Shown here: positions 9,653 through 18,804 of the stretch, piece by piece
Position numbering within the stretch: the stretch's first letter is position 1
Layout: each line of letters starts with the position of its first letter
IMG/VR virus record: IMGVR_UViG_3300030708_002673
Coordinates: 1-64,000 of that record
DNA from: a virus
Taxonomy: Duplodnaviria > Caudoviricetes
Strand: one strand, 5' to 3'
DNA: 64,000 nt
Made by a program: the position numbers and the translations under genes
Notes under the pieces: model-generated
Told to the model about the DNA's origin: nothing
Seen by the model: only the letters and a program-made list of their open reading frames with translations
The model's database searches: none

Positions 9653-10607
9653 TACTATTCAACAGGAAGGTGTTGAGATCCAAGACCTCGGGATGTACGA
9701 GGATCTTCAGATCCAGCCGGTAAATTCCTGGGACCTGACTCAAACTACTTTCATCATCCCCCTGCGGATTGAAAGTGTTGATCGGATGCGTAACATCACG
9801 ACGACACTGATCTATCTGCTGCGTAACTTTGACACACAGATCATCATCAAGGAGCAAGACGTTGAGTCTATCTTCCTGAAGTCTGTGGTGCCGATGCTTG
9901 ATCAGGCATTGACTCCTGAGAAGATGACGAAGATTCATCACATCTTTGAGGAGAGTGAGGAAGAAGTCTTCCACCGCACTCGTCTGATCAACGACATGCT
10001 GATGCTGGTTCAGACTCCTGTGGTCTGTAACTATGACTGCGATGTTCTGTTGCCGATGAACAACTACATCCTGGCACAGAACGCCATTCTCTATGGTTGG
10101 ATTCCCCCGAACGAACCGAATGCAACTCCTGAACCTGTGAAGTGTGTCTACCCCTATGGGTATGGCGACTACCAGTATCAACTGCGAGTGACTGATGAGG
10201 ACTGCACTCGGTTCATCAACAGCAACTTCAACTTCAACGCATTCCAGTCGCATGCAACTCTGTATGACGCCAAGTTTGGTTTCGTGCAGTTCTTTGACAC
10301 CAAAGAATACCTCCGACTGGGTGGTGAGAACGAAGGGTTCATTGCCTACGGGTATGAAGATGACGAACGGTACATTCGTTTCAACACCTGCTCCCAGGTG
10401 CTGCGTCTGAATGACCTGGTGTACCACATGGAGCACCGTCGTACCCCTAACTCCTGGTTCAACAACCCCCACATCGAAGAGAACCGTTCTCTGTGGGAAG
10501 AACTTCGTAACTTTGGTAAGACAAAGTTTGAAGAATACTACAAGAACCCTCCTTACCTGAAGTATCGTGGTGTTCTCAACGGCAAGCGCCGGGGTATGAA
10601 TGACTGA
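9645..10607 (+). CDS. GT-A fold glycosyltransferase with GT7 C-terminal-like motif
   Basis: TFIIPLR, NYDCDV (DxD), GGENEGFIAYGYEDDE; start placed at ATG 9645, overlapping the upstream stop. Confidence 0.7.
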   Translation: MSDTIQQEGVEIQDLGMYEDLQIQPVNSWDLTQTTFIIPLRIESVDRMRNITTTLIYLLRNFDTQIIIKEQDVESIFLKSVVPMLDQALTPEKMTKIHHIFEESEEEVFHRTRLINDMLMLVQTPVVCNYDCDVLLPMNNYILAQNAILYGWIPPNEPNATPEPVKCVYPYGYGDYQYQLRVTDEDCTRFINSNFNFNAFQSHATLYDAKFGFVQFFDTKEYLRLGGENEGFIAYGYEDDERYIRFNTCSQVLRLNDLVYHMEHRRTPNSWFNNPHIEENRSLWEELRNFGKTKFEEYYKNPPYLKYRGVLNGKRRGMND

Positions 10608-11400
10608 CAGGAACAAGTCCATCGACAAACTGAAGGGGTTTCCTAAAGTTCTTTGGATCAACCTAGACCGTGTGCCCAAACGTCGGGCATACATGGAAGA
10701 ACAACTGGACTTCTGGGGACTCACTGACCACCACCGCATCAGCGGTGTTGACGGTGATGAATATGAGGAGCATCTGAAAGGATCTGTTCCTCATAATATG
10801 AACAAGGGTGAGATTGCATGTGTAATGTCTCACCTCAATGCTCTACGTTACTTTGTCGAAGAGACTGACCTGGATGAAGTCTTCATCATGGAAGACGACA
10901 TCGATCTCTCCACTGTCAAGCACTGGACCTTCACTTGGAAGGATGTCAGGAAGCGACTCCCCATCAACTGGGACTGCCTGCAACTGACCATCATCAATCC
11001 CAATGGGATCACTCTCAAGTTGCACCAGAGGTTCATCAATGACTTCTCTGCTGCTGGTTACTTGATCAGCAGGCACCATGCAACCAAGGTCCTCCGGTGT
11101 CACCTCCGTGGCAACCAGTGGAAACTGGATCAGAACATCAGACCTCGTGCAGTGTCAGAGGATTTGATTCTTGACAGTGGTAAGTCTTACTCCACTCCCT
11201 TATTCAATTACAGATTGGACATGGGTTCTTCAATTCATGAAGAACATATTGACATCTTCCATAAGGGTAGTAACGAAGCACTGGCACAGTTCTGGGAGAG
11301 GGATGCAAGAGAGCACACCATCGATCAGATTATGGAACTAGATGAATATTGTGGTAGAATACCACCATCTGTGTACATGGAACAAGCACAAAAACAATGA
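10600..11400 (+). CDS. GT25 glycosyltransferase
   Basis: WINLDRVPKRR, RISGVDG, GEIACVMSH, IMEDDI. Confidence 0.85.
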   Translation: MTDRNKSIDKLKGFPKVLWINLDRVPKRRAYMEEQLDFWGLTDHHRISGVDGDEYEEHLKGSVPHNMNKGEIACVMSHLNALRYFVEETDLDEVFIMEDDIDLSTVKHWTFTWKDVRKRLPINWDCLQLTIINPNGITLKLHQRFINDFSAAGYLISRHHATKVLRCHLRGNQWKLDQNIRPRAVSEDLILDSGKSYSTPLFNYRLDMGSSIHEEHIDIFHKGSNEALAQFWERDAREHTIDQIMELDEYCGRIPPSVYMEQAQKQ

Positions 11401-12143
11401 CAGAAGAGATCATCAAGCAACCTGACTTCACTGAACCAGTTTTCTATGATCACATCGGTGTGTTTGAGAACTTCGTCAAGTGGGAGTTCTGTGACTCTTT
11501 GTGTGAAGTCTTTGAATACTGGTACAACAAAAAGCATTTTGTAGGAGAGTCCTCCGAGCACACCATCACTTCCATCGCCAAAAATGATTTTACCATCGAC
11601 CACTTCAATGATGGGGAGTCTCAATTCCCTAAGGGTGGCATGGGTCGGAAAGATCACCAACTTTATCTCGAAGTATGTGACACGACGATGACCGCCCAGG
11701 TCAACCAGGCAATCGGTCAAGCATTTGAATTGTATGTTCAGAAATATAAAGGTCTTGTTGACTCGTGTGATCCAATTTCATCTTGGACTTGTAAGCTTCA
11801 GCGCACAGATCCAGGCGGTGGGTATCACGTATGGCACTGTGAGAATGGGAACTTCCTCTACCGAGACCGTGTGCTGACCTGGATGATCTATCTGAATGAC
11901 ATCCCCCCTGAGAATGGTGGTGGCACTGACTTCTACCATCAGGCAACCACGTTCCATCCTAAGAAGGGAACCATTGTTCTTTGGCCTGCTACGTACACCC
12001 ACATGCACCGTGGTGCCTTCTTGACGGGCGATAAATCTAAGTACATTGCCACTGGGTGGTTCCTCCGTGAACCTGGTAACGTCACCAACCGCACCGTCAG
12101 TGAAGCAATGGGTAAATCAAACCCTATTGACAAACTAAATTGA
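11397..12143 (+). CDS. 2OG-Fe(II) oxygenase (prolyl-4-hydroxylase-like)
   Basis: GGYHVWHCE, RVLTWMIYLND...GGGTDF, PKKGTIVLWPATYTHMHRG, KYIATGW. Confidence 0.85.
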   Translation: MTEEIIKQPDFTEPVFYDHIGVFENFVKWEFCDSLCEVFEYWYNKKHFVGESSEHTITSIAKNDFTIDHFNDGESQFPKGGMGRKDHQLYLEVCDTTMTAQVNQAIGQAFELYVQKYKGLVDSCDPISSWTCKLQRTDPGGGYHVWHCENGNFLYRDRVLTWMIYLNDIPPENGGGTDFYHQATTFHPKKGTIVLWPATYTHMHRGAFLTGDKSKYIATGWFLREPGNVTNRTVSEAMGKSNPIDKLN

Positions 12144-14626
12144 TTTTTTATACGTGCATCACCAACGGATACGACTCAGTTCCTGACGCATATGTTGAGG
12201 AAGGTTGTAGGTATGTTCTGTTCCATGATGGAAGCATCCCTACAACCAAAGGTCCGTGGGAGTATGTACATATAGATTCACTGATCCCTACTCTCCATCA
12301 TAAACTTCCTGACTGCCCTGTCAGGAAGTCTTATGTTATCAAGCATCAACCTCACATTTACTTCAGAGACCCTGATGCAAAACTTGTATGGGTAGACGCT
12401 GCATATAATATTGACAAAAATCTTGTTGATTACAGCAAGAAAATCTTTCAACATCCACATGGTTTTGTTGTACTGCAAGAGCATCCTGAACCGAGGACTC
12501 TGCTAGAAGAATTCAACAAACTATATGCCGATGGGTTCTCCAACAGCGTAGACATCACTAAGATGTCTCAGAAGATGCTCGCTGAGGAAAACCCATACCC
12601 CAAGAAGGACTATAAGCAGACCATCAACTGTGTTGTATGGAGACATAACTTTGAGGAGAACAGAAGGTGGAATCGATCATGGGCAAAATGGTATAGAAGA
12701 GGTGTCAACCGTGATCAGATTGCTAGTGCAATTGCTGAGCACGAAACAGGAGTGGTAGCACTGCGTGTACCGATGCAGGTCAGTCTTGACAACACCAATC
12801 GGGTCAAGAAGTACGAGGATTCTTATAATATTGATCGACCAAACAACAAACAGATCACTGACTTCCAAAAGAAATTAGTAAAGATCTGGGATACTGATAT
12901 TTCTGCTGCCAAAATGAAGGCAGCAGTGCCTACTCTGCCCCATGAGTTTGGGGAACCGATAGATCATAGTAAGTTGCACGTCTATACATGCATAACCAAT
13001 CAGCATGACATCCCTCAAAATAATTACTTCCACAACAAAGTAAACTACTGGATCTTCCACAATGGGATCAGTATCCCTGACACCCTGAAGAATGGTGAGT
13101 GGAAGTACATTGATGTCTCGAACCTTGGGATTGATAACCCGAGAGAGTTGGCGTTCTATGTCAAGTCAAATCCACAAGACTTCTTTCCACCCAACGCATA
13201 CACAGTATGGATTGATGGGTGCTTCGATCATACCTTTGACTTCATAGACAGATCCCGTGGGTGTTTCCCCTTCTCTGTCCTACGTCATGGAGGAGAGTTC
13301 TCTTACTACGATGAGTTGCTGGAAGGATTTACCTGTGCCTTCTACAAGTACAGCACAGCAGTCTGTTACACCCAGTCTCTAGCAGATAAGAATTACAGTT
13401 TCCTGAACTACTCCAGTCCACAGTGCTCTGCTGTCTGGAGACAGTTGACACCTGAGGTGATCAAGTTCAATGAGGAATGGTATGAGCAGGGCAAGTACAT
13501 CAACCGGGACACGATTCCTTTTGATGCTGCTATGCAGTTCACAGGTGTAACCCCACGGTTCTATGACAACCGGGATGATTGTGGCATCAAATTTGGATTC
13601 AAGAACAAGAAGGGCAGACTCAAGAAGCATGAGCAACTGGGTGACCTGGAGCAGTACAAAAAGGTAGATCAGTTTCTCAAAGACATTGATCGAGTCACTG
13701 GACTTGAGGCAAAACTGCACTCCAAGTACAAACTCCATGAGTTTTACATGAGGTACTACGGTATCGGTGGCAAGTTGGGACTGTCATTCAATACCTATCC
13801 GTACCAAGAAGGTGTACGTGTACGTAAGGAACAGGTTGTTATCTACACGTGCATCACTAACGGGCATGACAAAATTCCTAGCACCAACTACTACGACCCT
13901 GACATCAGGTATGTGTGCTTCCATGATGGAACCATTGATACCACCGAGGGACCATGGGAGTACATCAAACTAGATCTGGATATCGAATGCCCAAGAGACC
14001 TGGCGTTCTATCCGAAGTGTAATCCTCATGAGTTCTTTGACAAAGGAACCTACACAGTGTGGGTAGATGGATGCTTCGTACATACCAGAGAGTTTGTTGA
14101 GAAGAGTCTGTACTCCTTCCCCTTCACCACACTCAGAAACATCAGCAAGTTCTCCTACTACGACGAGTTGCTGGAAGGATTTACGTGTGCTTTCTTCCCC
14201 TATGAGGGAGGAGTAGAGATCACTGAGGCATTGAGCAACACAAACTATAAGTTCAACAAGTATTCCAGTCCTCAGTGCTCAATCGTATGGAGGTATCTGT
14301 ATGATGACACGATCAAGTTCAACAAAGAGTGGTATAATTGGAGTAAGAAAGGTATCAACAGGGATGCTATTCCTTTTGATGCTGCCGTTCAATTGACCGG
14401 TACCAAACCTCTGTACTATGAGAACAGGTCTGACTCTGGCATCAAGATGGGGTTCCAGCACAAGGTTGGTAGGGTCAAGAAGCATCCTCAGTATGGGGAA
14501 AAGACTCAGTACACCAAGGTCGATCAGTTCATAAAGGATCTAGAGAAGATCACCAAACTAAAACCACTCCTGTATATCAAGTACAAGTTTCATGAGTTCT
14601 ACATGAAACACTACGGCATCATATGA
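12140..14626 (+). CDS. Triple DUF616 (TOD1/MUCI70-like) putative glycosyltransferase
   Basis: Three copies of YTCITN..D / FH(D/N)G / W(V/I)D / RD(Q/T/A)I; TTG start overlapping the upstream stop. Confidence 0.7.
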   Translation: MIFYTCITNGYDSVPDAYVEEGCRYVLFHDGSIPTTKGPWEYVHIDSLIPTLHHKLPDCPVRKSYVIKHQPHIYFRDPDAKLVWVDAAYNIDKNLVDYSKKIFQHPHGFVVLQEHPEPRTLLEEFNKLYADGFSNSVDITKMSQKMLAEENPYPKKDYKQTINCVVWRHNFEENRRWNRSWAKWYRRGVNRDQIASAIAEHETGVVALRVPMQVSLDNTNRVKKYEDSYNIDRPNNKQITDFQKKLVKIWDTDISAAKMKAAVPTLPHEFGEPIDHSKLHVYTCITNQHDIPQNNYFHNKVNYWIFHNGISIPDTLKNGEWKYIDVSNLGIDNPRELAFYVKSNPQDFFPPNAYTVWIDGCFDHTFDFIDRSRGCFPFSVLRHGGEFSYYDELLEGFTCAFYKYSTAVCYTQSLADKNYSFLNYSSPQCSAVWRQLTPEVIKFNEEWYEQGKYINRDTIPFDAAMQFTGVTPRFYDNRDDCGIKFGFKNKKGRLKKHEQLGDLEQYKKVDQFLKDIDRVTGLEAKLHSKYKLHEFYMRYYGIGGKLGLSFNTYPYQEGVRVRKEQVVIYTCITNGHDKIPSTNYYDPDIRYVCFHDGTIDTTEGPWEYIKLDLDIECPRDLAFYPKCNPHEFFDKGTYTVWVDGCFVHTREFVEKSLYSFPFTTLRNISKFSYYDELLEGFTCAFFPYEGGVEITEALSNTNYKFNKYSSPQCSIVWRYLYDDTIKFNKEWYNWSKKGINRDAIPFDAAVQLTGTKPLYYENRSDSGIKMGFQHKVGRVKKHPQYGEKTQYTKVDQFIKDLEKITKLKPLLYIKYKFHEFYMKHYGII

Positions 14627-15564
14627 TCCTCTACACATCCATCACCAACGGATACTTTCAGTTACCACAATTAGATCTTGATTGTAGGTGTGTTTGTTTC
14701 CATGATGGAAGTGTAGAGGAGCAGGAAGGATGGGAACTGGAGTACATCCCTGGGTTCTCATCTGATCCTGTACGTATGTCACGTATAGTCAAGATGCTAT
14801 GCCCATTCGACGAACCGAATGTGTATATCGATGCGAGTAAACTTCATACACTAAACAATAAGTTTTGTGAAGTATCTGAATTCATACTTTCGCAGGATAG
14901 TTTTACTGTAATAGAGCATCCACACTGTCATAGGTACCTTGAAGAGTGTGCTGAATACATTTGTAGGGGACTGGTTCCCTTCGATGATGTGTATAAGTTC
15001 ACGGTTGCTGCTGCTGAGGCAGGGTATAACTTCAAAGACTATCTGTCACCACTGTGTACGATCCTCTGGAGGAGGGGCAAGACTGACTTCGATCAACTCT
15101 GGTGGGACTGGTACCTCAAGGGAGGTAGGAGAGATCAACTGTCCTTTGCAGTGGCATTGCAGATGGGTGAGGTGAAGTACAACACTGTTCCTGCTAGAGA
15201 TCTGATTGATGTCTGGTCAGATGCCAGCCATGGTGGCGAGTGGTGGGCGAACAAGGGTGGTAAGTATGGTGCTAAGTATCATGTCAACCCTGAGTGGGCA
15301 GTAGACATCCTGTGTAAGGTGACTGGTCTCGAAAAGAACTCAAGGAACTATCGCTGTGCTGTCGTTACTGAGGGTGATGAACCTGTCTGGTTGTTCGGAG
15401 ATATGTCATCTGATTTCGATTATAAGTATAAAAAATTGAACGTTTTGAACCCATACCATAGTCTCCTGTGGTATACGAATAGAAAGACTGGTGTCATGCG
15501 AAGACCCAATCGAACTATCAGGTCACACTTCGACGATCCTTTCTTCTTCCCACATCCAACATGA
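14623..15564 (+). CDS. DUF616-like putative glycosyltransferase
   Basis: YTSITNGY, FHDG, YIDA, EHP, RRDQLSF. Confidence 0.7.
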   Translation: MILYTSITNGYFQLPQLDLDCRCVCFHDGSVEEQEGWELEYIPGFSSDPVRMSRIVKMLCPFDEPNVYIDASKLHTLNNKFCEVSEFILSQDSFTVIEHPHCHRYLEECAEYICRGLVPFDDVYKFTVAAAEAGYNFKDYLSPLCTILWRRGKTDFDQLWWDWYLKGGRRDQLSFAVALQMGEVKYNTVPARDLIDVWSDASHGGEWWANKGGKYGAKYHVNPEWAVDILCKVTGLEKNSRNYRCAVVTEGDEPVWLFGDMSSDFDYKYKKLNVLNPYHSLLWYTNRKTGVMRRPNRTIRSHFDDPFFFPHPT

Positions 15565-16376
15565 TTATCTACACTTGCGTCACCAACGGATACGATAAGT
15601 TCTCTGATGAACATTATTACGATCCGGATGTCAGGTACGTTGCCTTCACTGACGGGACAGTAGAAGTTCCTGAGCAGTGGGAGTCCTACCCCATCAAGGT
15701 AGAGCACGAGTGTCCTCGGAGACGGTCTGCTCACCCCAAGATCTGTCCTCACCATTACTTTGAGGCAGGTCAGGAAACTGTATGGATTGATGGGTGCTAC
15801 ACCATCACCAAGGAGTTTGTTGACACCTCTAAGAGCATCCTGTCACGGTCTAAGTTGACCCACATGATCCATCCCTGCCGCTTCAACTTTGTTGAGGAGG
15901 TGATGGAAGGTTATGTGTCTTCCTTCAACACCAAGGAGCAGATGGTGGAGATCATGGAGGCGTTGATGGAGTTGGACTATGACTTCAGGGCATACTGTAG
16001 TCCTGTACTGGCATCAATCTGGAGACACATCATCCCTGAGATGTATGAGTTCCACGATATCTGGTGGAAGTATTCTTTGATTGGTCCCAACCGTGACCAG
16101 ATCTCCTTTGATACTGCACGGCAACTGACTGGAATCCCGTGGAAGACAATCAAACACCCAGCACAGAACTACTGGCCTGAGGTTGGTATTGATTTTGATC
16201 ACCGCACAGGTAAGAAGAACCGTCTGGGCAAGCACCCACAGGCAGGAGACCTGGAGCAGTACAAGCGTGAAGATGAGATGCTCAAGGAGATCCGTAGGTG
16301 CACTCGCTTGATTCCCAAGTTGTATTACAAGCACAACTTCCAGTCAATGATTGAGGCGAACGTATTGAACCGATGA
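15561..16376 (+). CDS. DUF616-like putative glycosyltransferase
   Basis: YTCVTNGYD, FTDG, WIDG, NRDQISF. Confidence 0.75.
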   Translation: MIIYTCVTNGYDKFSDEHYYDPDVRYVAFTDGTVEVPEQWESYPIKVEHECPRRRSAHPKICPHHYFEAGQETVWIDGCYTITKEFVDTSKSILSRSKLTHMIHPCRFNFVEEVMEGYVSSFNTKEQMVEIMEALMELDYDFRAYCSPVLASIWRHIIPEMYEFHDIWWKYSLIGPNRDQISFDTARQLTGIPWKTIKHPAQNYWPEVGIDFDHRTGKKNRLGKHPQAGDLEQYKREDEMLKEIRRCTRLIPKLYYKHNFQSMIEANVLNR

Positions 16377-17233
16377 TTATCTACTCTTGTATCACTAATG
16401 GATATGATGAGATCCCTGATGAGAATTACTACGATCCGGATGTCAAGTATGTGATGTTCACGGACGATACTGTTGAGAGGAAAGGACCATGGGAGTTCCG
16501 ACCCATCCCCTGTGTCCATACCTGTCCTCGTATCCGTTCCTCCTACGTCAAGATCAATCCTCATAAGGTTTTTGATGAGGGTGAGGAGGTCGTTTGGATT
16601 GATGGTTGCTACATCATGAACAAAGAGTATGTGGAGAACAGTAAGAGATACTTTGAAGAGGATTCCTTCACAGTCATCCGTCATGTGAATCGCTACTCAT
16701 ACTATGACGAGATCCTGGAGGGGTTCATGTCTTCCATGAACACCAAGGAGCAGCAACTACAGATCACTCGGGTCCTGAAGTGGATGGGGTATGACTTCAA
16801 GAAGTACAGCAGTCCTGTGCTGGGATCTATCTGGCGTCGTCTAGAGAACTATGAAGAGTTCGGTGATCTCTGGTGGAAGTATGCATTGATTGGTCCCAAC
16901 CGTGACCAGATCTCTTTCGATGCTGCTAAGCAGTTCACCAATAAGAAGATGACATTCATTGAAGATGGGTGGCATGAAGTATGGAGAGATAAGAGAGGAA
17001 AGTATTTGCACAGAGCAGGAAGTTGTGGTATATTGTTTGGACAGCAGGGTAAAAAGTATCGTCGCAAAAGACATCCACAAGCAGGACATCCTACTCAGTG
17101 GAAGGAGCGACGAGAAATCCTTGCTGAACTTAGAGAGATCACTGGACTACATCCATTTGTTTTTGCTAAACATGATCACTCTGAGTTCGTTGAACGTAAC
17201 GTAATCTCTCCTACTTTGCCTTTACAAAAGTAG
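16373..17233 (+). CDS. DUF616-like putative glycosyltransferase
   Basis: YSCITNGYD, FTDD, WIDG, NRDQISF. Confidence 0.75.
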   Translation: MIIYSCITNGYDEIPDENYYDPDVKYVMFTDDTVERKGPWEFRPIPCVHTCPRIRSSYVKINPHKVFDEGEEVVWIDGCYIMNKEYVENSKRYFEEDSFTVIRHVNRYSYYDEILEGFMSSMNTKEQQLQITRVLKWMGYDFKKYSSPVLGSIWRRLENYEEFGDLWWKYALIGPNRDQISFDAAKQFTNKKMTFIEDGWHEVWRDKRGKYLHRAGSCGILFGQQGKKYRRKRHPQAGHPTQWKERREILAELREITGLHPFVFAKHDHSEFVERNVISPTLPLQK

Positions 17234-17254
17234 GGTTATCCGTTATACTAAATA
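17221..17254 (+). promoter_or_regulatory. Overlapping sigma70-type and late promoters of psbA
   Basis: TTTACA(17221-26)-N17-TATACT(17244-49); TAAATA at 17249-54. Confidence 0.75.
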
Positions 17255-17278
17255 ACACGTTACAAAATGTAATGAACA

Positions 17279-17392
17279 CCCCGCAAACCGAGACCTCTAG
17301 GGTGTCTAAAGCACGTCTCTCATACCTCACCTGGAGGGTAGGTGAGGAATATTTTTTCAGTGTTCCCCGCACTATTACATAACCCTTTTTCA
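17279..17392 (+). ncRNA. Structured psbA 5' leader, probably PhotoRC-II-type motif
   Basis: GAGAC(17290-94)/GTCTC(17315-19) stem enclosing a GTGT/GCAC hairpin, then CCTCACCT(17325-32)/AGGTGAGG(17340-47); family name from recall only. Confidence 0.6.
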
Positions 17393-18469
17393 ATGTCTGC
17401 TACTCTTTCACGCTCCCGGCAATCGACCTGGGAGTCTTTCTGTGAGTGGACCACCAGCACCAACAACCGTCTGTATGTCGGTTGGTTCGGTGTCCTGATG
17501 ATCCCCACTCTTCTTGCTGCCACCATCTGTTTCGTTGTTGCTTTCGTCGCTGCTCCCCCCGTGGACATCGATGGCATCCGCGAACCTGTTGCTGGTTCTC
17601 TCATCTATGGCAACAACATCATCTCTGGTGCTGTTGTTCCTTCGTCCAATGCAATCGGTCTCCACTTCTATCCCATTTGGGAAGCTGCCTCTCTTGATGA
17701 GTGGTTGTACAACGGTGGTCCTTACCAGCTGGTTGTCTTCCACTTCCTGATTGGCGTTTTCTGCTACATGGGACGTGAGTGGGAACTCTCTTATCGTCTG
17801 GGCATGCGCCCATGGATCTGTGTTGCTTACTCCGCTCCGGTCGCTGCTGCATCCGCAGTTTTCCTTGTCTACCCGTTTGGGCAGGGCAGTTTTTCAGACG
17901 GCATGCCTCTTGGCATTTCCGGTACGTTCAACTACATGCTCGTCTTTCAGGCTGAACATAATATCCTTATGCATCCTTTCCATATGCTGGGTGTTGCCGG
18001 TGTATTTGGTGGGTCTTTGTTCTCTGCTATGCACGGCAGTCTGGTCACGTCGTCCCTCGTTCGTGAGACGACTGAGCAGGAGTCTCAGAACTATGGCTAC
18101 AAGTTTGGTCAAGAAGAAGAGACGTATAACATCGTGGCGGCGCACGGTTATTTCGGACGGCTTATTTTCCAATATGCTTCGTTCAATAACAGTCGCTCTC
18201 TTCATTTCTTCCTTGCTGCTTGGCCCGTTGTGGGCATTTGGTTTACTGCCCTTGGTGTTAGCACTATGGCTTTCAACCTCAATGGTTTCAACTTCAACCA
18301 GTCAATCCAAGACAACCAGGGTCACATCCTGAACACTTGGGCAGACGTGTTGAACCGTGCAGGTCTGGGCATGGAAGTTATGCACGAGCGTAATGCTCAC
18401 AACTTCCCCCTCGATCTTGCTGCTGCTGAGTCAACTCCTGTTGCACTCACCGCTCCTAGCATCGGTTGA
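17393..18469 (+). CDS. psbA: Photosystem II D1 protein
   Basis: [47 protein letters not shown]; uninterrupted 358 aa. Confidence 0.99.
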   Translation: MSATLSRSRQSTWESFCEWTTSTNNRLYVGWFGVLMIPTLLAATICFVVAFVAAPPVDIDGIREPVAGSLIYGNNIISGAVVPSSNAIGLHFYPIWEAASLDEWLYNGGPYQLVVFHFLIGVFCYMGREWELSYRLGMRPWICVAYSAPVAAASAVFLVYPFGQGSFSDGMPLGISGTFNYMLVFQAEHNILMHPFHMLGVAGVFGGSLFSAMHGSLVTSSLVRETTEQESQNYGYKFGQEEETYNIVAAHGYFGRLIFQYASFNNSRSLHFFLAAWPVVGIWFTALGVSTMAFNLNGFNFNQSIQDNQGHILNTWADVLNRAGLGMEVMHERNAHNFPLDLAAAESTPVALTAPSIG

Positions 18470-18491
18470 TACTATTTTTCTGTTATAATAT

Positions 18492-18518
18492 GGGGGTCTT
18501 AGGACCCCCTATTTTTTT
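18492..18518 (+). terminator. Rho-independent terminator after psbA
   Basis: GGGGGTC-TTAG-GACCCCC then TATTTTTTT. Confidence 0.85.
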
Positions 18519-18521
18519 GAC

Positions 18522-18803
18522 ATGAATATACGTCGCAATACTCTGCAACATCTTAGACAACAGTGCAGAGATATTATCGCTGAACAGAATGCAAAGATCG
18601 AACAACGTTTAGATCATCGCCTTCCTGCTCACGTTGCTGCTATCTACCCTGGTGCAGCAGATATGGAATCCTTACACATTATCAATCAGTGTTTGGATAA
18701 GATCGCCATTACCGAACAACGTCTACAGATCCTTGATCGGTTTGACTATGAACGGTTGAAAGAACATGACGATCGCCTCAACTACGACACTTACAGCAAA
18801 TAA
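18522..18803 (+). CDS. Hypothetical protein between psbA and psbD
   Basis: 93-aa ORF filling the interval; helical-looking, no motif recognised. Confidence 0.65.
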   Translation: MNIRRNTLQHLRQQCRDIIAEQNAKIEQRLDHRLPAHVAAIYPGAADMESLHIINQCLDKIAITEQRLQILDRFDYERLKEHDDRLNYDTYSK

Positions 18804-18804
18804 A

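Noticed and set aside
9639-10739. 366-aa antisense ORF
   Set aside because: Mirror of a strongly biased sense gene (few TTA/CTA/TCA codons); no RBS, promoter or motif
17221-17272. Canonical HLR1 direct repeat
   Set aside because: The two half-sites are 38 nt apart rather than adjacent; kept only as a weak note
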